From: Eubacteriales bacterium
GTDB lineage: Bacteria; Bacillota; Clostridia; Christensenellales; UBA1242
DNA length: 64,000 bases
Assembly: GCA_018384735.1 (NCBI GenBank)
Contig: JAHAXB010000016.1
Location: 131,510 to 195,509, forward strand
Direction: 5' to 3'
Shown here: positions 9,901-21,900 of the stretch, piece after piece
How the letters are laid out: each line of letters begins with the position of its first letter
Position numbering within the stretch: the stretch's first letter is position 1
The notes under the pieces: model-generated
Seen by the model: the letters and a program-made list of their open reading frames with translations, nothing else
What the model was told of the DNA's origin: nothing
Databases searched by the model: none
Translations under genes and position numbers: made by a program

Positions 9901-12900
9901 TTCATTTCCAAACCACCAATCGTGCTGATACGTGCCGCGCCACCGCCCAAGTGACCACCTTTAACCCATTGCAATTCCTCTTCTTCGACGTATTTGGTAT
10001 CACGCTCCATCAAGTCGATAAATTCTGGAATGGTGATTTTTTGATCCAAGTCGCGGCAAACATAAATGTAGTCGACATAGGAAGCCTTGACAGCGGTTCC
10101 TCTGAATTTTTCGCCTTTCAAACTGGAGAAGTTATTCGGGACAGCGTAATTGTAACTAGATGAAGTGTAAGTTTTACCAAAAATGTGGCGCATATAGTAA
10201 ACATATTGTGCAAATTTCAAATTCCAGTCGCCCACCGTAGCTGATCTATCGGCAACCCCGACCACATAGTTCAAATAAATTTGTAACGGGTCGACATTGG
10301 AGAATTTATCCGAATTCGACAATTCGCCATTGTTAATTAAGCCAACAAAGTCCGCTTGGTTCGTAATCACCACGTTACTCTTGCTTTCGTTCATTTGGAC
10401 GAACAAGCCATAAGTCGGGTCAACGAACAACATATCAATTAAGTCCTTACTGCAATTGAAACCATAAGTATTATAGAAGGCATCTTCAGACATGGATTTC
10501 AGCGCATTATAAGCTTCCGCGCTGATATTGTCCATATTCAACTTCGCATATTTCTTCAACAGCAAGTAATCTTCATATTGTTGCCAAGTGAATTTACGGT
10601 TTTGTTCCCCGTTAATGTATTTTCCCTGATTTGAATTGACATTTTGATCTTGATAAGTGAAGAATTCAATGGCTTGGTTATAACGTTCCAAACGGTAATC
10701 GCTCAAATGATTTTTAAATTCGCCGTCATTGGTGCTGGTACCAATCGCGCTATACTTCAAGTAGCTTGCATAGTTGTCCAACGTGGTTGCGCCACCTTTG
10801 TCGTCGAAGATACCATTATCGGCCAACCAATATTTCAAGAACGCCACGCCATCTTTACCTTCCACGGTGCCTTCTTTATAAACCTCAACCCAAACATCTT
10901 GACCATTAATTTTTTCGATACGGTTTTCAACTGGCAAGCTGCGGACCCAAGATTCCAATTTTTCAACACGTTCCGGCAAACTGGCTCGTTTCAAGGTGTT
11001 TTCCAAATAATCATAGTATTCATCCATAGTCATGGATTGAACTTTCCAAGTGTCAATATCTGTCCTAATACCGAAGAAGTTATCGTAAATCACAACGCCG
11101 TCCTTGCTCCAAGTATAACCCGGCGTTTCAAAATTTTCCGGCTTGACACGTCCCGAAGCGTTTTTCGGGAAGTTAACCGTCAAAATTTGGGTACGGACAC
11201 CGGTATGATCCGCAAATGGATCGCCACCTTCTGCCGCATTCATACCACGACCGACGATACGACCGAAGTAGAAACCAACGTTAGCTGCTTCCTTGCTAAC
11301 CTGTACTGAGTCACCGCGTACATTAGTGTTTGTATTTTTCGCGTTATTAATGTAACCATAGTTACCGTTCAAGCCGACCACACCACCAATCGTGTGTTGC
11401 AATTTACTGTCGGTAGCGTTCAAGACATTGACGTTAATCGTAATATCTTCAATTGAACCACTGTTGTTCGTTTGATAGAAACCGTCGTTACAACCGGCGA
11501 TACCACCAACCGACATACCCCAGAAATATTGTTCGGATAAATTATCTTCGGTCGAATCGTTAATACGGTAAACATACGAGGAATTAACCGAGCTGGTTAC
11601 GACCCAAGTTCTTAAGTTCATCGCTTCATAGACCGTACCATTTGCGGCTACTTCACCCGCAATCTTACCTAAGTTAATACCAACGATACCACCCAAGTAA
11701 TATTTACCACTTAACGATGCCAACTTAGTGACCGATGGTTTGCGTAATTCAATGGTTTCATCCATAATACCAATCAAACCACCCGCTACACTGCCGGTAA
11801 TGTTAGTCAACGCACCATTCAAATGACTCATGACGATGGTGTTATGGTAATACTTACCTTCACCGTGTTTATCAACCGCGTCGTTAATTACCGAACCATT
11901 ACGTGCCTTTAAGAACCAACTGGCTTCACTGTTATCACTATTGAGTGTTTCAACATTGATAACATTGTTATCTAGGTCGTGCGCAACCAAAGTACGATTA
12001 AAGTTACGCTTGTGGATAATTTCTCTCGCAATACCGTCATCTGAGATTTCAACGGTACGATAATTGTTCGGGTTGGAAGTTACGAAACCGAAGATACCAC
12101 CCGCCGTGCTGAAGCCTTGTTCCAATGAGCCATAAATACCTTCATGGTCGTCAGGGTTAATTATATTCTGACTTGCAATTTTTGCATACAAGGTCTGTTG
12201 TACGTATTCCACACCCGAACTGAATTTGTTAGCACCTGGGTTAGTTTCTTGGTTCGTGTTATAGGTTGCCATAACCGACACATTACTATTCAAATTGTAA
12301 TTTTCAACTTTCAATGGTTGGTCTTTCTTGTCTTGGAAAACCACCGTCAAGCCTGCAAAGCCACCGACGATGTTCGCACCTTTAATGGTACCCGTGCTGG
12401 TAACATTAACATCGACGAAACTGGTGTTAATGGCGATACCCGCAATACCACCAACATAACGGGCGGTAGCGTTAATGCCTTCGATTTCAAAATTGATGTT
12501 ACGGATGGTTGCGTATTCAGTCTTACCAAACAAGCCCATGGTTGCCAAATCGTTCGTAACTGTATTCAAGCTGATACCACTCATGGTTAAGCCGTTACCT
12601 TCTAAAGTACCAGTATAAATAATCTTGTAGGTGTCTTTAATACCGTTCAATGTAATATTATTAACCAAACGTAAGTGGTTATTTTGACGGTTCTTTTCAA
12701 TGTCGGTTACTGCTCCATTGGTATTGCGATCGCTTTCGGTTGCGGTTGCAGTTGCCACATAAGTGTAATTATTGAATTGTTTTTCGTTCCAAACAAGGTA
12801 CGGGTTCTTCGCGGTACCTAAATTGTACAGGTATGGTGACCAGGTCATGGTCGTCTTACGGTAACTAACCGCAATATCGTTCGCAGCACGCAGCATCGGG

Positions 12901-15900
12901 CCAGCTTCGGTCATCATCCAGGTTGTATTACTGTCGGAAACTTCCCAGGTCGGGTCAAGTTCGGACGAAATACCCATGGAGAAACCATCAAAGTTCTTAA
13001 TGTCAGCATAGCGTTTGGATTCTTTATTGGTCAAACGGCGAATAACTTCGGACCAGCCGTCACCCTTACCGTACAATCTGTCGCCGACACAAATCAAGTT
13101 CGACAAACCGCTAACATTGACCGCGCCAGCCGTTGTTGCTTTGCCATTCACAACCACAAACGATTTATAGTAGTCTGAAGTATTACCACTGGTAATAATG
13201 TTATTATTTTCAATACAGTTGGAGATCACACCGCCCTGTGCGTTTTCGTAAACGAAACCACCCGCGTTACCTTCGGTACCAGTTTTCCAAATGACCATGT
13301 TTACCAAGCAGTTATTGATGACGCCGGTATTAACATGAGCGAAACCACCTAACGAGTTACGGACGGTACGTACCACACCCGCCGAAGAAATGAAGTTCGG
13401 ATTATTTTTACGGTTGACCGAATAACCCATTGCATAGGATTGTTGGACCGTGCCATCATTTTGACCAACGAAGCCACCCAACAAGCTAACACCTTTGTTC
13501 TCGCCTAAGTTATTGGCGTTAGCGTTATTGATCACATTACCATCGCGGTAATAAGACGAAGTAATTACGCCTTGGTTGAAACCAACGAAACCACCAACAA
13601 TTGAATTCATGACATTCTTTTCGTCAATGCCACCAACATCACCACGTTGTTCTGGTCCCCACAATTCAATATCAATTAAGACACGGCTGTTGGTAATCAT
13701 GTAAAGGTTAGTACCAACCAAACCACCGACAGTCACATCCATTTGATCGTTGTTAACTTTAACGAACAATTTCGCCGGCGATACGCTTTCCGTACCGGAA
13801 ATAATCATTGCGCTGTAATTATCATATTTCGCCACATTCGTACGGTCAGGCGTAATCCATTTTTTAACGTTATGGTAAATATCATATTGAATATCCCAAT
13901 TGCCGTCAGCATCCTTTACCAAGTTACCGTTAGTATCCATGGTAATACGGTAACCTTCGGCAGTATAAACATCGGTAACACGGGTCTGACCATTTTCATT
14001 GGTTTCGATATCAAAGAAATAACCGGAATCAATATCAAACAAGTGACCATCTTTGTTGAATGGTAAATCCGTTTTGAAATTCTTACCCGTCAATGGGTTT
14101 TTGACCTTGGTCAAGCCAGGTTGTTCGAATTGCCAACGTGGGACCACCGCACAGTTCGTGATGATACCTTCGTTGGTACCCGCCAACATACCAATATTCA
14201 CGCTGTCTTTCGTGTACTCACTTAAATCAAGTTCCAACAAAGTTACCGGATTACTTGATGTTCCGTGTTCAAAGACAATTTGAACGTTTTTAATCACCGA
14301 GTCGGCCGGAACATTGGTGTACATACCAATATTGGTTGGTTGATCACTCAAATCAAAGCCACCAGCATTGCCCGCCGCGTCAAAGATAATTTTGAAGTTA
14401 TTGCCATCAAGCGTGGTATTTTTCGGGAACGCAACCGGTTTCCAACGGCCATCTTTCAAATTCAACTTTTCAATTTCACTAATCTTGATGTCTTCCATTA
14501 AGGTATAATCCACACCGGAAACCAAGTTAGCCAACACATGAGCATTGTCTTTGGTAACGTAAACCTTCGCACGGTCATCCATCGCATCGTTCGAGGTTTT
14601 ATCCGTGGTGCGAATTTCAATATTGCTGGTAATACGTTGTGCATCCACCACATTCGCATAAGCGGTTACGGCTTGTGCCCCGTCAACATAGTCTTTGTTA
14701 AAGTTGGTAACACCATAAGCGATGTTGGCCGAAACCTGCATAACGGTGGTTGACGCTTCGCCGGTTTCACGTACCAATGAAGTCAAGCCATTGTCATAAT
14801 AAATTGAATAGTTAACCGAGAAGCCAGCTTGAGGCGTATTGTTCAATACCAAGTAGTAGTAACCATCAGCAATCGAAACACGATAATCGTTAATTTCATC
14901 TTCCAAGCGTTTAATGGCGCCGGTAACGTATTCCAAGTCGTCGGGTAAATAATAATCGGTCGTCAACGGTCCACTGATAATATCGGGGGTGAAACGGAAT
15001 TCCACCGCACTTTCGTTCAAGGTTACTTCGCTGACCGCTTCCCCGTCAATCTTCAATTTCCAACCTTTGATTTCAAACAAGACGGGCTTCACTTGTAACG
15101 AGTAATAATACCAAACCTGTTCGCCATCTTTCGTGATGGTATACGGAATACGGATTTCAATATAGCCGTTCAAGTTGCGAGCCGCTGCGCGCAAGGTTAC
15201 ACCGATAGTAACATGATGGCGGTCGCTCGATTGAACATTGTAGGCAAAGAATTCGTATTCATTCTTGCCACGTTTCAAACCGCCATTGAAAACATCAATG
15301 TATTCATAGTAGAAGATAACTTCAGGATTGTTAACACTCAACGGGTAATCGCGCGAAGTACCAATTGATTGCATGTTCTTATTGCCCGCACCCGTGGTCG
15401 TGTTATCCCAACCGACGAAGTGGCTAGCTTCACCTTGGAGGGTCGAAACTTGAATTTGAAGATTGATAATGGTATCCGTGGCTGGATTAACACTGCCCAC
15501 AGTCGGTACACCGTTAGCATAGCCAACACAAATATTTCCCGTGATGTAGTTCAACGCGGTAATGTCCGCTATTTTTTGGATTAAGATTTGATTGCTTTGT
15601 GCTACCAAACGTACATTTTCGCCACCTTGAACATTTTCAACCTTAAAGGTTAAAGTTTGGTTACGGATTTTGTTATTTAAAGCAGTTTCAAAGCTTTGCA
15701 ATTTCAAGTTGGCGATGTTGCGCAGGCTAACTTCGTTTGAGTAATTAGCAACCACATGTAATTCCAAAACCGCACCGTTATCATTCAAAGCCAAGTAGTT
15801 ATTTTCCGCAGCGGTTAAATAGAAACCTTCTACCGTAAAGATTGACGGCGTAATGTAATATTTGAAGCAATGTGTCGGTTTTACGGCATTTTCCTCTTCT

Positions 15901-18900
15901 GCGTACGGAATACAGATTTCAATCAAGTGGTCACACAAGCCAAGCACCGGCGCCAATTCCACAGTAAAGATTACATTTTCATCGAATTCATCATCAACGG
16001 TTATCGTAATCAAATTAGCGCGTTCACCCGGAATGTAGATTGCATCACCAGTTCCACGTTCCACCACTTGGATTTCCTTAGTAAAGATGGTACCCGCACC
16101 AGAAATTTCGACCGCGTAGGTTGCTGCAGTACCAATTGCCTGCACCGCCGAATTGTCACTAGCGTTCAAGATTTTGTCTTTAACATTGTTTTCCCAATCA
16201 TCGATGTTATAACCAGTTGAAACCAAGACTTGGTTCGATACCCTGGTGGTACTGGTGTGCGCCAATTCCGGAACACCCTTTTTGTAAACGATATAGGTCG
16301 ACAAAGTTAATTCGGTATTCGATTCTTGTGTAGCGGCACAGTTACGGATTAAGTTCAAACCGTCAATACTGATATAACTGTAAGGATTATCAATATCAAT
16401 GTAATTAACAACTTCTGCTTCAAGCGCAGCCACGGCACGTCCAATTTCGGCATCCAAACTGGCATCCGCTGACCTGTTGATTAAGGCTTGATAACGGAAG
16501 AATGTTATATGGTCACTTTGTTGGGTTAACAAGACACAATCGTTACGATAATGCGAAACATACAAACCAACATCTTTACCATTTTCGGCGTACGTTACCG
16601 GATAACCATCAGCGTCCGTGTTAACACCCGTAATGGTCCAACCCTTCAATTCAAACAATAACGGCGTAATTTCGATACAATAACTGTACCAAACTTCTTT
16701 ACCATTGGTTGTGGTTAAGTACGGAACATAAACGCGAATTGTCGTATTTTTGATACTAATATCGGCCGGTAATTGGACTTTCAAAATATTACGCGCAGTA
16801 TCCACCATCACGGTCGCTTTTTCATAAGTCATGGTTGCACCATCGGCCGACTTTTCGAAGGTGACCTTCAAGTTACCGGCACCTTCTACCCAGATGTAAG
16901 GATAGGAAATTTGACCGCGGACATTACGCAAAGTATATGATTTGGTTTTACCAATCACTTGGTTAGCAGCAACCTTACCCATCACGGACGGATGTTCCGG
17001 ATTCGGGACTTGCGCCGCCGACCAAACGCGATATTTAATCACACTTTCAACCACATTGCGTTTATCCTTACCGATGGTATCAAATTCCGGTAAACCGGTT
17101 ACCCTGTTATAATTTACCGCAGCGTCCACGATAATAAATTGACTATCGGACAAACTGATTTCCAACACATTACTTAATTGAGCGTTCTTGGCATCAACAT
17201 CGGCAATAATCGCGTCACGTAAATCAGCATATGTGTTACCATTCAAATAACTGAGGTCGGTAGTAATCATACGGTATTGCAAATCGTCGGTAGTTTCCGG
17301 TTCAATAATCCACGCGGCACGTTCCGGATGATTAACTGGCTCAAAGCCCAAGACTTCGTAATAAACTGGATGAATTTTCAAAGTGCAATTACCAAAAGTA
17401 ATGACAATCGGCGTGTTAACATCTGCTTCTTCCGTTAAGGTTACGGTTAAGTAGTTTTTATTAACATCCGAAGTTGCACTGTCATCCCTGTTCCAAACCG
17501 CAGTATATCCCGTGCCTGACAAGACCGGATTCATCGAATCAGTTAAAACACTGTCGACGAAATAGTAAGTTTTAGTCGAAGCTAATGCTTGATATTCCTC
17601 ACGAACCGTAGCATTGGATTGAGCATCATCAATCACTTTAAAGTTTTTCCAAATGCGGTATTCCGGATCGTCGGACAATTTCGGTGTACCAACAAAAGCG
17701 TTATATTCAACCGAAGTCGCAACTTGGAAGTGGTAGGTTTTGCTATCGGTACCGGTATAACGGGTTTTTGAAACATATTTTGAACTCATGAATTCAATGG
17801 TAAATTCATTCATCAAAGCGCCCAAAGTTTTGGTCGTACCGTTAATGGTAACATTGGTATCCACCAAGCTGTTCGCGTATTCGTAAACAGGAACAAAATT
17901 GGCTCCCGTACCCCTGGACAAGTTCTTCGTAAATTCGCCAATGCCATTAACATGGATTTCGTCATTGTTATAACCGGTCAAAGCAAAACTGGTTACTTTG
18001 AACAAAACTGGATGGATGGTCAAAACGAAGGCTACCCTATCCTTATCATAACTGTCGGGATGTCCGTTTACACCCGGACGTAACGAACTATTTTTGTAAA
18101 TAAAGACCTTCAATTCGCTGTTCGCCAAGGTTACATCGGGGTTTAATTCAATATGCAAATTGTTACCGTTGACACTAATCGACCAAGCGCCGGAACCATT
18201 TGCATAATATTTTAATTTGGTATCATCATCCGCATATGCTTGGTTGTCATTGTAATACAACGCTAATAAGTCATTCGACAAATTGCCCAAATCAGGGATG
18301 TCCAAAGTATAATCCACTTGATAACCAATGGTTACTTCAATGGTACGACTGCGTGGAACATTTGGATAAGCCATGCCCGTTGCTTCGATTTTATCTGAAT
18401 AGCGCGCATATTCAAAAGCATCGTAAACCACATTTTCCAAGTTATCTTCGGTGATGGCCTCAATTGCCGCCACACCATTGTCATAGTCGACTGCCGCACG
18501 AACCGTCAAGTATTGACCACCGATCGTTTCGGTTTCCAGCAATTCAGCCCAGCCACCTTGTTCGGTCGATTGCGCCAATTTAGTATTGAAAGCCACGATT
18601 TGCTCTTCAATCGCACTCATCAAAGCCGCATCAGCGTCCATATCATAATGTGCACGTACCGCATAAGACAAGGTATCGACCGTTTCTTCCTTAGTCGCCG
18701 AAGTAATTAACCACATATGACGTTCCGGATGGTTGACTACTTCGAACCCTTCGACCACGAACCAAACTGGTTGAATGGTCATAGTTAATTTACGGTTGGT
18801 ACTTCCCTCTTGATAATTGATAACAATGGTTACCGGTTGTCCAATTAAGTTACTATCCGCCGCCAAAGTAACCCTTAACGCCATCGCGCCGTTATCATCA

Positions 18901-21900
18901 TAGTTTGGCACCAGGGTTACAGTCGCGCCATTAGCCACTGCACAATCAACACTCACATTGCTGTCGGTAACGTTTTGGAACGGTAAGCCCAAATAGTAAT
19001 CTTCGGTCGTACCAATGGCTTGGTAATGTTGCGCCACAGTATTTACCACAGTCGTCGGGTTAGCTTCATAATATTTGATATAACTTTCTACCACATTTAA
19101 CGGGTTATTTTCCACATCAATCAAATAAGGCGAACAACGTAAAGCTGAACCCGCTACGCCGTAATCAATCGCGGCGTCAAGTTTCAAATATTGTTTACCA
19201 TCACCTTGGTCAATTTTTTCGATTTCAAATAAGTCACCGCGACTATTGTTCAAACGTTCGTTAAATTGGTGAATGTAATAGGTAATATTTTGACCATCAT
19301 AAACGATAGAATTATTGTATTTAACAGTCGCACGATAAGCCACATTTTCAGTTTCATTCAATCCAGAAAGGTTCAACGGTTGTGCCGGTACATAGGTTTC
19401 AATGCCGGTAACTTCAAACAAAACCGGTTGAATGGTCAAGACGAACGCTGTGCTAGAACCAGCATAGAATTTGAAAACTAAATCTTTCGCAAGCAAATTA
19501 TTAACCGAATCGGGAACTAACAATTCCAAAGTAAGGACATTATCAGCAAAGGTTGCTTTCCAACCACGTTCCGCCAAAAGCGCGTCGTCGAAAATCAAAT
19601 CCGACATATCCATACTCAAAGTCTTGTTCAAATCGATATTGTAACTAACTTTGGTTCCCACAGCCTGTACTTCGGTGCGAGTACGGGGACCATTTGGCAT
19701 CGGTGGATATTGACTGTCACTACCACGACCAAAGATTGAATACCAGAAATCGGCATTCACACGAACACAGAGATTACTGGTTGCTTCGTTCTTGGCTACC
19801 AAGTGCGGTACCCCATCGGTGTAATCCAAATAGGCCGCGACGCGCAAATCGCCCGAATACAAATTATGATTATAATCGCGTACGATTTTTTCCGCATCAA
19901 CACCTTGGAATGCGGCAATGAAATTTTCGATGCGTGCTCGGTTAGCAGCGTTCTTACTGTAATTTTCGCCCAAAATCGGGTCGAAAATTAAATCTTCCGG
20001 ACGATCAGGTTTCACGCCGTAATACATGAAGATGTTACGGTCATCGCTATTTTGGTCTTTCACAGTTAAATCTTCTACCGTAAACCAAGCCGGTACAATG
20101 TTCAAAATATAAACTGGGTTAACATCGTTGGCGGTTTCAAAGATACCAATACGAATTGGATGATTAAACAAGTTTTCATCGTCAGACAAATAAACCCTGA
20201 CACAACGTTGAACACCATAATCATTATTTGCCGGATCGACCGACCATGAATGATTATCCGGGATGTAATTGTCAAGCCAGTTTTCCTTGTCCCCTACCAT
20301 ACCACCGCTAATTTTGATTACTTGGTATTCGTGGTTAACATTGTAGACCACGGTATAACCGATGGTTTGGGCTTTAGTATTTTCCGGGGTGCCATCGTAC
20401 ATTTCGTAGCGATAACTATTTTGCAATACCAAATCACAGTTTGCGGTATTGGCAATCGTCGGAATACCGTCTTCAAAGTTAACACCAACCAAGGTCGTGA
20501 CGTAGTTAGCATCGTCAATCAACGACACCAAACTTGAACTATTCAATTCATCACGGAAATTTTTCATGTATGCCTTGAAATTAAAGTTGGCAATAATTGG
20601 ATCCGTGCTGGTACTATGAGTCGATTTGTAATCCAAGTGATTTTTTAATTTTTGCAACCAAAGCGCGTCATTTTGGTTAATCAGAACCGGATTTTCGTCA
20701 ATATGATCAGCCAATAAGATTTGTTCCACGGTAAAGTAAGCCGGGATAATATTCATCTTGTACATTAACTCGCCGTTTTGGTTATAGGCCATAATTACCA
20801 AGGTTTTGTTAAATAAAGCCGTAGTCGTGTTCAAGGTTACAGTAATGGTATTATCCTTAGTATTGATCGTCGCATTCCAATCAAAACTCTTTTTCCAAAC
20901 ATAGGTATTATCCGAACGAACTTCGTATTTATCTAATTTAGAATCATAACGCGTATTCGGCAAAGCCACATTATAACGCACCTTAGTACCAATTGCTTGT
21001 GAAAGCGTACGTACACGACCATTCGGTGCCGGTTCCAAATCCACACCGGAAGGACCGTTGTTTTCAGTTTCAGCACCAAAAGTTTGCACCGGAATATAGG
21101 TCGTAATACGGTTACCCGTACGACTTAATGTCGGCACACCCTTTACATATTCAACACAGGCACTAACCATCAAGTAACTTACCGCTGTAACCGGATTCGA
21201 CAAATCTGCACGGGTCAATTCGCGCGTATTGGGATTGAAATCAAAGTTCAAAATACCACTGTCGTTTTGTACGCGTTTGAAAGATAAAATCGTGTTATTG
21301 CCCAAGTTTTCCTGCGCTGCCAAAAGTTCGGCATTGAAAGTTTGCAACGCAGTATTAACCGCATTACCTTCGGCACAACTGACATCCCCCGCTTCTACCG
21401 TAACTACGGTTGGGGTCGATACCGCCACCAATGGGCGTTCCGGATTATCTTTTAATTTGAATTCATCAAAAGTGAAATAAACCGGAACAATCGTTAATTC
21501 CATTTGTGGTTGCGCCGCCGCACTGGACATCACATTAATCACAATCGGTCCCGCATTAACCAAATCCTTGTAAGCCTGTTCACGAGCGGACGTAGGACTG
21601 ATATTGTTTTCCAAGCTAACCGTAATCGCAACGTCGTAACCATTTTGGGTTTTTACCGCCGGTTTCATAGTTACGGTCCAATAAGTTCCGTAATAAGCGT
21701 TAGCAGCATTATTCACCTTGTTTAAGGACAATTTTGTTGCGTGCAAAGCATCCCAGTCATGGAAAGTATAAGTTGTTGTCGTACCAACCGCCAGGTATTC
21801 TTTATGTTTAACAATGGCATCTGGTTGTTTGATTTCGTAAGCAAAGGTTTGAGCATAACGGCAATCAGCATTGCGCGCTAAGGTCGGCACACCATTAACA

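Noticed and set aside
6987-10163. Long plus-strand ORFs antisense to the giant gene (6987-8126, 379 aa; 8694-10163, 489 aa; many smaller ones up to 27.7 kb).
   Set aside because: They lie wholly inside a 20.6-kb ORF with coherent domain structure. Their translations are low-complexity R/F/V/I/T-rich strings without motifs. Long antisense frames are expected opposite a gene with biased codon usage.
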